Positions 26,495 through 40,287 of a stretch of 64,000 nt of DNA are shown here, one piece after another (positions within the stretch are counted from its first letter, which is position 1; every line of letters begins with the position of its first letter). Source of the stretch: the human T2T-CHM13v2.0 reference genome, Homo sapiens. The notes under the pieces were generated by a model. That model was not told the origin of the DNA. It did no database searches and worked only from the letters and a program-made list of their open reading frames with translations. The translations under genes and the position numbers were made by a program. Location: NCBI RefSeq assembly GCF_009914755.1, contig NC_060925.1; one strand, written 5' to 3'.

Positions 26495-26671
26495 TACAGC
26501 ATAATGGTTAAAAGAAAGAGCTTTGCCATGAGATAGGCTTAATGATAGTCTTGGCTCTGCCGCTGACTAGCTGTGGACTTTTGGGCAAGTTACTCACACG
26601 GTTGGGGTCCCATTTTTCTCATCTGTAGAATGAGAATAAAACTTTTACTTCATATAGTTTTGATGAGAGAG

Positions 26672-26706
<35 letters not shown>

Positions 26707-26800
26707 ACATGTGATGTGAGGTGTGCATAGAATTAAAAGCCCTTAGCACAGTAACAACTATACTATAAGCATTCAATAAATGTGAGACATTTTAAATTAT
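26495..26800 (+). mobile_element. MIR containing a (GA)n(GT)n microsatellite at ~26665-26704
   Basis: acagcataatggttaaaag...ttgggcaagttact...ctcatctgtagaatgag...cattcaataaatgt. Confidence 0.8.
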
Positions 26801-27048
26801 TATTATCATCATCATAATTACCATCATCACCATCATTTTTAACACTCAGTAAGTATATGCTGAATATTCCTTCTTTGAAGGAAAACAACACCCCTTTATA
26901 AGGTAATTGTGGTTACTGTATTAAATTAAAACCCTTCAAAGCATTTAGCACCATGCCTGGCACATAATAAATGCTTAAATGTGTTAGCTCATATTATTTC
27001 TTAATCATAAAATTAGAAGGCTGACAGGGATCTTAAGAAGCAAACTAA

Positions 27049-27570
27049 TGTCTGCTGCAAGAGAGATTTCTAATTGCCTATTGAATGTCTTCTCTTCTTC
27101 TTTAGTAACACAGCACTGATTCTGTTGAGGGTAGCTTGTGTACAGCTAAAATATGAAACAACTCTATTTCCCAAATAGTGGTAGCCAATCAAATGTAAGA
27201 GGAAGTCACTTGGTAAAATTTCTAGGTAAAATATCTTTAAACGCAGCTGACTCAATTGGAAGGTGTGCCCTTCACCTTTCTTCTTTCCTTTCTCCTTCCT
27301 GCTACCTGACATTGGAACAGAATAGCTGGAGCTGCTACATCCACCTTTAAGCTATGAAATGACCCTTGAGGATAGAGCCAAGAGCTATGGATGGTAGATC
27401 AGAAAAACAGAAGGAGCCTAAATCTTTGATGACTTCATGAAGGGACACACGTCTAGAAATACACGCATCTAGACCTTTCTCCATGTGAGAAAATAATTCC
27501 TTATATTTTTTAAAGCAACTATTGTTTTGGTTTTCTTTAATGTATACATAAGCCCAATCTTAACTAATAT
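27049..27570 (+). mobile_element. Old MaLR LTR (MLT1J/K-like)
   Basis: cagaaggagcctaaatctttgatgac, ccatgtgagaaaataa and the cttaactaatata end are typical of MLT1. Confidence 0.7.
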
Positions 27571-28704
27571 ACTTGCCTTCAGTCATGACATAGCAGAGAT
27601 GAGATTTTTTTTCCCTATTAGTTTTTAACCCACATAAAGAAACTCATTATGACTTTGGTGTTGTGATCTGGTCTCCTGTGCTCACATAGGAGGGTCTCAT
27701 AAATTTTCCTAGGCACAAATATTTTTCCTTTAAGGTTCAGTCCCTTACAGCCAGTTTCAATAACATCTGACACTAAATACAATCTCTTTCCACTTCCCCA
27801 GTTGTTCCCTAAACTACTATGGCCTTTACCATCTAAGCCACATCATTTAAGATTTATTTTAAAACACTTTATATTATTCCCCTACTACTCCCTTATGTAT
27901 ATCTTAGCTTAAATTAATCATAATGCCACTTATCAAGGCATATGTGGAAGTTAAATTAGATAATATGGTGACTGGCACAGAGTAAGCACTTATTAAATGT
28001 TACCATTTTTTCCTTCTCTGTCACCCCTTCTCTTCCATTTTCTGTTGAGTCCAAAACTTCAGAAAATAAAGTAATCCCCTGAAAGGTATCTCCATGTGTC
28101 TGTTCCTCTTTCCTTGACAATTAAGACTAAAGACATAACTCCTCTTAGCAAGTACTGAAAGTAAAGCAGTTGTTAGCAGATGTTCATCTCCTTGTTGGCT
28201 TATCAAAGAAGCACACTGCAGGAGGCCTGGGGAGGCTCCCATAGGAACTTGCTGAAATTTTCTGAACATATTCAGGCATTAGATTTCTGTTACTGAACCC
28301 CAAGGAGCACAAATCATATCTTCTTCAAAGACTTAGGAAGCCAATAGTTCATTATAAACATGGCTCCAGAGAGCTGAGCTTTCAGAAAAAAGAGAATCTA
28401 TGTCTTCTTTTCTGTTGCCTGAAGACTACCACATTATTAGTAGAATCTTGGAAGGATGGCCCAATAACACCCTACCACTAAAGTGCCTGCTTGGCAGGGG
28501 TAATATACAATTCCATTATCAACAAAGGGGAATTTAAGGGCCATGTAGAGGTATTTATAAGAAACAGTGCCTGAGAATGATCAGCAAGGATATGAATGTC
28601 AGGAGAGAATAGGAAGCAGCAAAATCAGGGAATTCAAACATCCTTCTCTACTCAATGTGTTCATCTAGAGGATAACAGAAAACACTATCTAGCTGATAGT
28701 GATG

Positions 28705-31700
28705 TGTTAAAACTACTGGTAGGTTATTGAGAGTGTTAATGTGTGGCATCACTCCTACTTCTAACCTTGTGGTTCCTGGATCCATATATTCTTTCTATGT
28801 AGAATGCAGTCCATATAAAGGCCTCTTATGTATTGTACATACCACATCCTAAAGGATGATACCCCATTCTTTCAGTGTTGCCTCCAAACTGACTCTTCAG
28901 CTGTGCCTTTAGAAAGCTGTTACAGTGCTCCTGAAGCTAGCTTCTTCTGGCTGGAATGGCATATAATACAATCAGCAGATCCAGTAGTGACAAGACCCCA
29001 TCCTTACATCTGGATTGCTGTGTAGTGGGTCCCCTCATGAAATGCTTTTTTTCTATTTCATACCTGTAAAGCAGGCATTACATAAGAACCTTAATAGTGG
29101 TACTATGGGTAAGAAAGGCAAACTCATATCTAGAATAGATATCTAAAGAATGAATTGCTGACTCTTCCTGGATGAAAAGAGCTCAATGTGCTTTGGTAAG
29201 TAGGAGTCTATGCTGTTGAGAAAATATTCAGTGCCTTGTGCCTACTCCATTCATGTGGTCATCATTATAGTTCCAGGGTGTGTTGATTCATCCCTAAGTA
29301 GCCAGTTGGTCTACTCTGAGAATAGTGCCATGTTGGTGACTCAGCATTATTCTGTATTTCTCACAGGTTGGCCAATCAGAGGAAGCAGTAGCTAGGTCAG
29401 CTTTGGTAAGTGGGAGTCTGTGCTGTTGAGAAAATATATAGTGCCTTGTGGCTACTCCATTCATGTGCTCATCATTATAGTTCCAGGGTGTGTGATAATA
29501 AAGCCTGGGGATATCAACTAGCTAAAGAATTTTTGCCTACTGGGTTATTTAGTGCCTCTTCCATGGTAGTTGTTTCCTGGAGGGCACTAACATAGATTTA
29601 CAAATCTTTTTCTAAGATAGATTTACTAAAACAAACATTACCAGGAGGTACTACAATGCTACATCCTCTGATGAAGCTGTGGTATTATTCAATAGCATCT
29701 GCTGTTGCTCATGGACCACAGTCAGAAATTGCCAATGTTGGAAACAGCAACCACTAGGGTTAGGGCTACAAGTCAAAAAGCTATTCTTTGATGGTCTTGC
29801 TCATGGCCACTTCTGAAGCCTGTTGATGTCTAGAATATTTGTGAATAAAGATTTCCTCAAAAAGATGGGAAATGCTATTGAATAAGACCATAGTGTCATC
29901 AGCAGGTGTGGTATTGTAGTACCTCCTGGTAATAAGTTTGTTCTTATAAATCTATCTTAAAGAAAATATTTTTAAATCTATATTAATGCCCTCCAGGAAG
30001 CATCTACCATGGAAGAGGCACTAAATAGTGCAGTAGGCAAAAATGACAAGATGAGACATCAATATGTCTCAGTAAAACATTCTGAGTGTGCCTACTCCCA
30101 TTTATCCAATCACATGCACCTTTACCCCAGACCTCTTTGTTTCTAATCTTTCCCCTTTCAGGCTCCTGATGAATTGTCCTGGCCATTGGTCACCGCCTGG
30201 GAATCTATGTACATTCTTACCTCAGGCTATGTTTTATTTCATACAAAGTAGATATAGCCAGGCATACCACTTATAGTCCCTGGCTGATAGGATGATTTCT
30301 TTTCTCTCATTTTTTTGTTAACCACCCTGCATATGGCTATAATGCAGGTACCATATATTTTTTGCTTTCAGCAACATACTGAACTGACCTATCCATAAAC
30401 CAAGCCCAGGGCTATTGCTCCTCCTTCACCTGGTCATATAGGATAAGATCATAAGGCAATAGGTGAAAGCTAGATTAGGGGAGCTGATGCAACTGTGTTG
30501 GATTAAACAGAACTTCAGTTTACCTGCTGAGGCAGTTACTTATGACCTCTGATCCACTTTAACTCAATCCCAGATATACCATTTCCATAAGGCAGTTACT
30601 TATGACCTCTGATCCGCTTTAACTCAATCCCAGATATCCAATCGCAGATAAGCTGGTGCTGGGCCTGTCCAATTTTATGACTTTGTAGGTCTAACAAAAC
30701 CCAGCTCATAATTAAGAGTTCCAGATGCATGGTCACTTGATACCTGTTTGCATAGCGTTCCATCTTTATCAGGGTCCAGTGACATGCCAGGAGCTGTTTC
30801 TCAAAAGGCACATAATTCTCTACTGTGAATGGTATATTCTTGGTCTAAAATCTCTGTGGCCTATGTAGTGATTCTCCTTTTGCAGCTCACCGTAAACTCC
30901 ACATTATATCTTTTCCCAAAACTACACCTCCAATAACATAGAGTCTTCCAAATTACATAGCACAAGGGACAGAGGAACTTTTCACACAACCTGGACCTGC
31001 CACAGGTCCCAATAAAAGCTGGAAATCTTATGTATAACCAAGCATATATGCCAGAGCATATATGTATGGAATGGAATGTGTTACCTCCAGAACTGAATGA
31101 GGCCTGCCAGATCTTATGCTTTCTTCTTTGTAATAAAAAAGATGCAGTTATTTGTCTTTTACTTTGAAGGGCATGCCTCTGACCACTGCACCTCTAAAGT
31201 CTACATGAAGAGGATGGGGTTCCTAAATCTTCAAAAGGTTTATCTCCTACCCTGTGGTGTACTGTGTCTTATAAAGGCCTCCAGGATGAGCAATCGACTC
31301 CTTCCTATCCTATCCAATCAGCATGATGTCACTGAAGTAATGGATCAATATCATGTTCTGTTCAATGTATTCCAGATGTCTTTGGACTATATTGTGACAG
31401 AAGGCAGGAGACTTAACATAGTCTTGGGTTGAAACCAAAAGTAAATATGCATACTGTTTTCTATCCAATGTAAAAGCAAATTGTTACTGACCCTCTTCTC
31501 TCAAATATAAATAGAAAAGAATATGTGTGACAAAGAAATGGCTGCCTGCTATGTTCCCGAGGCCTTCTTAATCTTCTCTAACAATGATACCCTGTTAGAC
31601 TCAGCAGCTGCATTTGGAAAAATGATTTTATTGAGTTTGTCATAGTTTTTAATTTTATGGATTCATCTGGTTTATTCAAGGGCCAAATTGGAGAATAAAA

Positions 31701-34340
31701 TGGCAATATGGTAGAGACCACCACCCTGCATCCTTTTAAAAAGGGGTCATCAAAATACAACCTGCAAGTCAAATCCAACAAGCTGCCTGATTTTATAAAT
31801 CAAGCATTATTGGAACACAGCCATTTCCATTCATTTACATATTGTCTATAGGAACTTTCAAAATACAATGGCAGAGTTGAATAGCTGTGACGGAGATAGC
31901 ATGGCCACAGGCCTAAAATATTTACTATCTGGTCCTTTACAGAAAAAGTTTTGTGACTTCTGCTTTAGAAATTTAGTGGTGTCACTAACCTAAACCATTC
32001 CCCCAACATGGCAGGATATGATTTTATTTTTTATTTAAACTGGCTTGGGAAATGGCCCCATTGAAGAGCTCCACTTGGTCTTCCTTCCTCACTATGATAG
32101 CTCTTACGCCTTGGGCCAAGGACTTAATGTAAAGGTTACTTCAATAGCCAAGTATATTGATCTCAATTATACACTTGAGGACTGGGTAAATGGCCACTGG
32201 GTTGTTCATGGACCCAGCAGACACACTGTGAGCCAGACTCCATTTATTATTGGCCCCCAGAAACCTCCGCTCTAACAGAGGCTCCACGATGATATTTCGG
32301 GTCATTGAATATAATCTCAATTTTGATGCTTTGTCAATAGTACTTGAACTGTCTCATTATTCCCTGTTCCTCAGTGTACAGTCATCCAAATACATGGTCA
32401 TCAGTCCCTTTGGAAGAGGACTAGGGGAATCATTAACAAATGTATCTGCTATAGTATTACGGGGTCCTCCCTCCAAGAAACATGGCCACCTCTTCTATTA
32501 ATGGTTTTCAGAAAACTGACTCAGGTCCAGGAACTGAGAAAAGATAGTGACTTTTGGGGGGAAATCAACCATTCTCCATTCTTGCCTCTTTCTTATTGTG
32601 GATTTAATCAGCACCCTTATTTGCATCCATCTGGTTTGTCGATAGGGACATTGCACTCTATTAGACATCTCCACAAGTCCCTGAAAGTCAAGCCCCCTTT
32701 GATGGTCCTCAGACCTTGCCTACAATTAAAATAACTATGGCCTTCTGGCTCCTGGTTGTTAAACACCTCCAGCTGGTCTATATTACTTCAGAGCATCATT
32801 ATCATAAACAGTATTGAGTCCAGCTCTTTCACTACCTCTCCTATCACCTGTGGTCTGCAAAGGTGATCAATAATTAAACTCTCAGTGATATGGGCACTCC
32901 ATGGCCATCAGGAATACACAGTGTATGGGACCGTCTTGGTCTACAATCTCTGTGGCCTGTGTAGTGATCATGAATACATTTTATATTTCTGATAGCCTTG
33001 GAGTATAGCATGTTCTGTGTGCCCTCTTGTGGCACATAGTCTTCTGGTAAGTCTTCTGGTGTCACTTAATGTGTCCTGTCCAACAGGCCTATTTTCCTCA
33101 GCCTTGTTATTCTTCCTTTATCGTGTGTCAGGGTACTCAGGCATTTCACTCAGCATGAGATATCACTTTCTTCAGGCTTTTAAGAGCTACCCTAGCAGTA
33201 CTTGGTGTGATTGCCTAGGTGTGAAAATCCTGTATCATAAGAAAGTACACCCAAGTAAATTAATTCTTGCATATCCAGTCTTACTTTCTAGCCTGTTTAA
33301 TCAATCACCCTCGAAACCCAATCTCCTGGCTCCTGGCAGATAGGCTAATTAATTGTTATAGCACCTTTAGTATATAACCTCTGTGCTTCCTTATCAAACA
33401 TCCAATTCTAGCTAGGTGCCCTTTTGAAGAGCTACTCCAGTAGCTCCTTAGAAGTTTAATGATGGATCACCTTTGCAGGCCACAGATGATGATAGGAGAG
33501 GTAGTCAAAGAGTTGGACTCAGTATTATTTGTAGTAGTAGTATTTTAATCGTTAAATAGCTAACCATTTAAACCTAGTTATAACCTGGTAGAGGGACAAG
33601 AGGTGAGAGTAGCAATAGTTTTAGCCTGGTGGCTGGACAAGAGTTGAGAGAGTAGCTCCTCAAAGGGGCACCTGTTGCCTTGCAGAGAAACAGCCTCTGC
33701 AGTATATTCCAGCACCAAGGTAGTGCCAGTTCTTACAAGAGATGGGTGGACTAACTCCCAAAGCTGTGCATGTTCAGAGGGATCTGCAGAGCCCAAAACT
33801 CTAAGGTGTCCATCCAAATGTCCCTGTCCCATATTTAGGATACTGGGTTTTCTCATGAGGTCTCTGATCTTAGTGTAATAGACCTACTTTGTACGGGCAT
33901 TTAAACATTTCTAAACCTGTGCCTTTCTAACAAGTCCTGAATCTGCTTCTCCTCTGAATCCACTCTTCTACTGCAGGAGAATGGACCTCTTTGTAAACTA
34001 CCAAAGTGTCTCACTGGATCTCACACTTCTCCCTTAATTGCTTTTTGATTGACCTCAGTTTCTCATTATTCTTCTGAAGGGCATCAACAGAATTTAGCAA
34101 TAATTAGCTAACTCCACAGTCCTTGTAGACATGTTTTTCTCCTATCTTTAAAATGCCCAAATCATTGTACCTACAAGACAATCCTCTCCACTTGCACATT
34201 TTCTCAGTTTCATCATTGATGAAATCCTCATTTGTGTGGCCACCTTGTGCCAGGAAATATTTGTGTCCCACATAAAACCCAGGATGATATCATTACTGTG
34301 ACTGAACCATTTCCAGAACCCAAAACCCATTCTCACTACC
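28705..34340 (-). mobile_element. Decayed ERVL internal region (ERV3-16A3/ERVL-E-like gag-pro-pol), 3'-truncated with no 3' LTR seen
   Basis: Minus-strand remnants: RT SPIWPLNKPD (ORF 31578), RNase-H-region PFEKQLLACHWTL (ORF 30596), EVWGKG (ORF 30004), integrase end near 28720-28790. Many stops and frameshifts. Confidence 0.85.
31741..31962 (+). mobile_element. MER58A (hAT-Charlie MITE) inserted in ERVL pol
   Basis: ~222 bp; ttattggaacacagccat...aaaatatttactatctggtcctttacagaaaaagttt; degenerate 8-bp TSD cttttaaa / ctttagaa. Confidence 0.85.
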
Positions 34341-34720
34341 TGTTGGGAGAAATGCCTGTGAAAGACTAAGGGAAAGGAAGCAGGGATGACCTTCAGACCA
34401 CAAAGCACCATATCTGAAAATGGATGGAGGAAGAAAGAAGAACTGAATGTGAAGAATCTCATACTGCAACATGGTTCTAAGAGAGTTACATCAAATCAAT
34501 AGGAAGTCCTGTAGCCAAAGTTGGCCATCAGAAAAGTCCTTGCAAGCAGACTCCTAGTACTCCTACTATGCCTAGTCATTGGCTGGAAGCAACCTACAGG
34601 ATGTATGGCCTCAGGACGAATGTGGTAGTGGATCCAGGGGAGCAGAATTCTGGCTATTAGTCAACTATGCTCCCCACAGTCATGAAAATATATCTGAGTG
34701 ACACATTTTTATGGCTGCCA
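34341..34720 (-). mobile_element. LTR16-family 5' LTR of the ERVL; its 3' end appears missing
   Basis: Minus strand starts TGTGGCAGCC; gtcattggctgg and gtcaactatgctcccc motifs match recalled LTR16B-like sequence. Confidence 0.7.
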
Positions 34721-35475
34721 CATATGTGCAGCACTTAGAACTCTGAGATGTTCTGACATGATTCACAACATCAAGGAACTAAGAGTGTAGTAGAGAAAAT
34801 GAACCTAAATAGAAAACAAGGGACAAACTTAAATTTAGGGTTGAGAGAGTTTGCTGGGTCATATTAAGATTTAATATTCCAGAGGGAGTCTGGGAATATG
34901 GTGACATAAAAACATGGAAACCCTTTTATTCTAATTTCCTTGCTATGTTAACCCAATTATTATGGGAAGGGGGAACCTTTCTCACCACTACCTCTGAAAA
35001 ATAGAGGGATTTCACATGTATACCTCAGGTTTTGGAATTCTACCAAGATTTTACAAGTGAAAAGGAATGAAAACTAGTTAACAAGACCAGTATTATCCAG
35101 AGGAATAATTATATGTCAACAGATTCCCTCTGGTCCATGTGGAAAAATTTTGTCTTAGAAGCTCATCTGTCCTCCTATGAGAAGATTCTGTATTTGGAAG
35201 CTCATCTGCCTTTTCACATGGTCTGGGGAAACCCTTAGCTGCCCACAGAATCACTCAGACATCATCTTTAGCTCTCCCTACACAAAGGAGATACTCCTAT
35301 TTCCTTCATTTTGCTAGTAAAACCATTCAATCAGGCTGCATGCACACAGGCTGTCTGGCTTCTGCCACTGGTCCACATAAACACAGAATTGCCTTTGTCA
35401 TAGTAAGAAAAAACACTCACCATTACATCCTCTATGGGTGAGCAAACAGGAAGCACTTCCCTTTCTAGGCCACTA

Positions 35476-35816
<341 letters not shown>

Positions 35817-36192
35817 CTACACTAGCCCAGAGAGAAAATACATTAGCCAACACCATTGATAAACCTAGATCAGTGACTCTTAAGGTACAGACCCTGGGCC
35901 ATCAGCATCAGATACATTTTGGAACTTATTTTATATTCATACATGATTTTTAAATTGATATCCACATCCTTCATTAGCCTGCAAAAGCCAACAAAGCAGG
36001 ACTTATGTCTATTTAACAATTTAGCACAGACTGACATATTGGAGGGGCTCAAGGAAGATTTGTTAAAATATGAATACTAGAATAACAACAGCAAAACTTT
36101 CCAGAAAGACTCAAATTAGATATATAACAAAGATATAATACAGTAAAGAAATAATAAGAGGTAAGTAGAGAAATGATAAACTAATCATTAAA

Positions 36193-36355
36193 TGTGTGTG
36201 CCTGTAAGTAATCCCAAGTATTTGGGAAGCTGAGGTTGGAGGATTACTTGAACCCAGAAGTTTGAGGCTGCAGAGAGCTATGATGGCACCACTGTAATCT
36301 AGCCTGGGGGACAGAGTGAGACTGTCTCAAAAAATTAAATAAACAAATAAATAAA
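36193..36355 (+). mobile_element. FRAM/AluJ right monomer
   Basis: ggaggattacttgaacccagaagtttgaggctgcag...gctatgatggcaccactg. Confidence 0.8.
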
Positions 36356-36434
36356 GCAGATAAAATGTTGCCTTTTAGAAATAGTTATTTCTTCATGATC
36401 ACACTATAAATTAAAATCAAAGACAAATATTACT

Positions 36435-36740
36435 TTAAATACATGTATATTTAAATATTTCATAGCATAAGTAAATTAAAAATTATATAGTAGTATATAT
36501 TACAAAATACATATTATATAATATAGTTACATATAGTTAAATAATTTATGAAATATATTATTGTAATATATAATATATGTAAATATTACATATTTTATAT
36601 ATATTTTAATAAAATTATTAAAATAATTTTTTTTCATAATATTTTAAGTCAATTTATTCAAAATATTATTTCAACATACTATCAATAATTTAAAATTATT
36701 TTTGAGATATTTACATTATTTTCTTAAAATCTAGTGTGCA
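36435..36740. repeat. AT-rich low-complexity tract; distal part is possibly MER33
   Basis: Very high A+T; aaatattatttcaacat...aaatctagtgtgcatttt resembles MER33. Confidence 0.45.
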
Positions 36741-36741
36741 T

Positions 36742-37447
36742 TTTTAAAAATTATACTTTAAGATCCAGGATACATGTGCAGAACCTGCAGGTTTGTTACA
36801 TAGGTATACAGGCGCCATGGTGGTTTGCTGCACCTATCAAACCATCATCTACATTAGATATTTCTCCTAATGCTATCTCTCCACTAGCCCCCCAACCCTG
36901 AGGGGCCCCAGTGTGTGATGTTCCCCTCCCTGTGTCCATGTGTTCTCACTGTTCAACTCCCACTTAAAAGTGAGAACATGCAGTGTTTGCTTTTCTGTTA
37001 CTGTGTTAGTTTGCTGAGAATGATGGTTTCCAGCTTCATCCATGTCCCTGCAAAGGAAATGAACCCATCCTTTTTTATGGCTGCATAGTATTCCATAGTC
37101 TATATATGCCACATTTTCTTTATCCAGTCTATCATGGATGGGCATTTGGGTTGATTCCAAGTCTTTGCTACTGTGAACAGTGTCGCAATAAACATATGTG
37201 TGCATGTGTCTTTATGGTAGAATGATTTATAATCCTTTGGGTATATACCCAGTAATGGGATTGCTGGGTCAAATGGTATTTCTGGTTCTAGATCCTTGAG
37301 GAATTGCCACACTGTCTTCCACAATGGTTGAACTAATTTACACTCCCAACAACAGTGTAAAAGTGTTCCTATTTCTCCACATCCTCTCTAGCATCTGTTG
37401 TTTCCTGACTTTTTAATGATTGCCATTCTAACCGGCATGAGATGGCA
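36742..37447 (-). mobile_element. 5'-truncated L1PA7/8-like 3' end
   Basis: Minus [29 protein letters not shown] plus 3'UTR; no TSD found. Confidence 0.93.
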
Positions 37448-37509
37448 AATTTCTATCTCCAAGTGGTTCTAGTAAGATAAATTTCTATATCCATGTGGTT
37501 CTAGTAAGT

Positions 37510-39490
37510 TAAGGCAGTCCAATGTTCCTACTGCGAAAAAATGAGAAGAGGCTACTTAAATTACATAGACAATACTGTTGAGGCATCAGAGAGATGCAAA
37601 CGTAGAGAGAATTTGATGGTCTAAAATTCCAAAGAGGCAACTTTCTCAGGTGAACTGATGATTGCCAATCTTTTTTCTTCCTTTGAGGGTATCTTATGAT
37701 TCTGGATTCAGGCTAAAGATCAGGCTTAGCCCAAGAAGAAGGCCCCTGAAAGAAAATCAGCAAAGCTTTGAGCAGTAATCAAAGGCTTGAATGACAAAAT
37801 GGAAAACTGAAAGGCCTCAAACACAAAGCTCATTTTCCCTACGTGGCATTTGCTGAGTTCTAAAGCTGCATGTCTCTCTTTTAATTCATACTTCATATCA
37901 TACACAAAAGTTAATTCCAGATAGACTTCAGATATAAATATGAAAGATAAAATGAGAGATCTTTTAGAGAAAAACAAAGGCAAGCATTCTCATGAGCTTA
38001 GAGTAAACATATATCTTTTAAACCGGACCTAAAAAGAGCTAACTGTCAAGGTAAAATAACTCATTAATTGTAATATATTAGAATTAAGGAAATATATATG
38101 TCAAAAGACACCATTTAAAGAATAAAAAACAAGCCACAATGTAGAATAAAATATTTCCAATTCATGCAAATGACTTGCATCTGGAATACATTAAGAACTC
38201 TCCAAATCCGTAAGAAAATGGCAGACTTCTTAATTTTTAAAAATCAGCAAAGATTTGAACAGATACTTCAAAGAAAAGGGTATCAAAATGACCAATATAC
38301 TACATAAAAGCTGCTAAATTGTTTTAAATCATTAGGAAAATGCTACATAAAACCACAGTGAGAAACTTCTTCATACCCATCAGAAATTCTGAAATAAAAA
38401 TGAGGAAACAAGTCAAGAGTTGGAGGAAGGGAGAGAACTCTCATACTGCTAGAGGAAGTATAAATTGGTACAACTACTTAGAAAAACCATTTGGCTATTT
38501 AAGCTAAACAAGTGTATATTCCATGACCCAGCAATTTTGAAGTATGTATGCAACAGATATGCTTAAATATATGTTTACCAAAATATATGTTAATTGCAGC
38601 ACTATTTACAGCAACTAAAAATTAGATACCTCCAAAATGATAAAATGGAAACTTGTAAGGCCTCAAACATGAAGCTCATTTTCCCCACAGGACATTTGCT
38701 GGGTTCTAGGGCTGCACTCTAGGGCTGTATCTCTGTTAATTCAGACCTCTTATCATACACGAAAATTAATTACAGATAGATTATAAATGTAAATATGGAA
38801 GGAAAACCAGAGAGTAGAATGGATAAACTGAGTGTTATAACAAAATATAACAGAGTGGCTTAAACAACAAACTCTTATTTCTCACAGTTCTGGGCATTGG
38901 TAAGTCCAAGATGAAGGTGCCAGCAGATCTGGCATTTGCTGACTGACCACTTCCTGATTTGCAACTAACCATCTTTTTGCTGTGTTCTTACATGGTATAT
39001 TGCTGAGAGAAAGAAGTAAGCTCTCTTGTGTCTCTTCTTATACAGGCACTAATCTCATTCATGAAGGCTCCACTTTCATGCCCAAATTACCTCTGAAAGA
39101 CCCCACCTCCAAATATCCTCACTTTAGGGATTAGGCTTCAACATACGAACTTTGGAGAAACATAAGCATTCAGTCCATAGTAGTGAAATAGTCACACAAT
39201 GGATATATGGAAATGAGAATGAACAAACATCTACTACATTAAATAATGAATATCAACAATATAATTTTGAGTAAAAGAAACTAGACATAAAAATGTACAT
39301 ATGTATGTATGATTACATTTATATGAATTCAGGAAATAGAAAAATAGGTAATAAAAATCTATGCTGTTACAAATCAGGACAGTGGTTACTGACTTGAAAG
39401 GCTCACAAGAATGGTGGGGAGGAGTCTTCAGGATACTAGTGATGTTTTATTTGATTTATTGATCTGCATGATCCAATGAGTAAATCAAAC
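37510..39490 (+). mobile_element. Old L1M fragments (5'-type piece joined to an L1MC/ME 3' piece), interrupted by MLT1A0
   Basis: Decayed ORF2 3' motifs (aaaccacagtgagaaac, tataaattggtacaactact, ccatgacccagcaatt). Confidence 0.65.
38830..39182 (-). mobile_element. MLT1A0-like solo LTR
   Basis: gtggcttaaacaac...ttatttctcacagttctgg...aagtccaagatgaaggtgccagcagat...cattcagtccatag. Confidence 0.82.
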
Positions 39491-39493
39491 AGA

Positions 39494-40287
<794 letters not shown>

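Noticed and set aside
28021-28269. 82-aa minus-strand ORF in non-repeat DNA
   Set aside because: No recognisable domain and no convincing splice sites; length is compatible with chance.
29756-29765. tagggttaggg telomere-like motif in the inverted-repeat spacer
   Set aside because: Fewer than two full units; expected by chance.
30530-30637. Repeat-spacer-repeat pattern superficially like CRISPR
   Set aside because: Only two units, in eukaryotic ERV DNA, with no cas genes.
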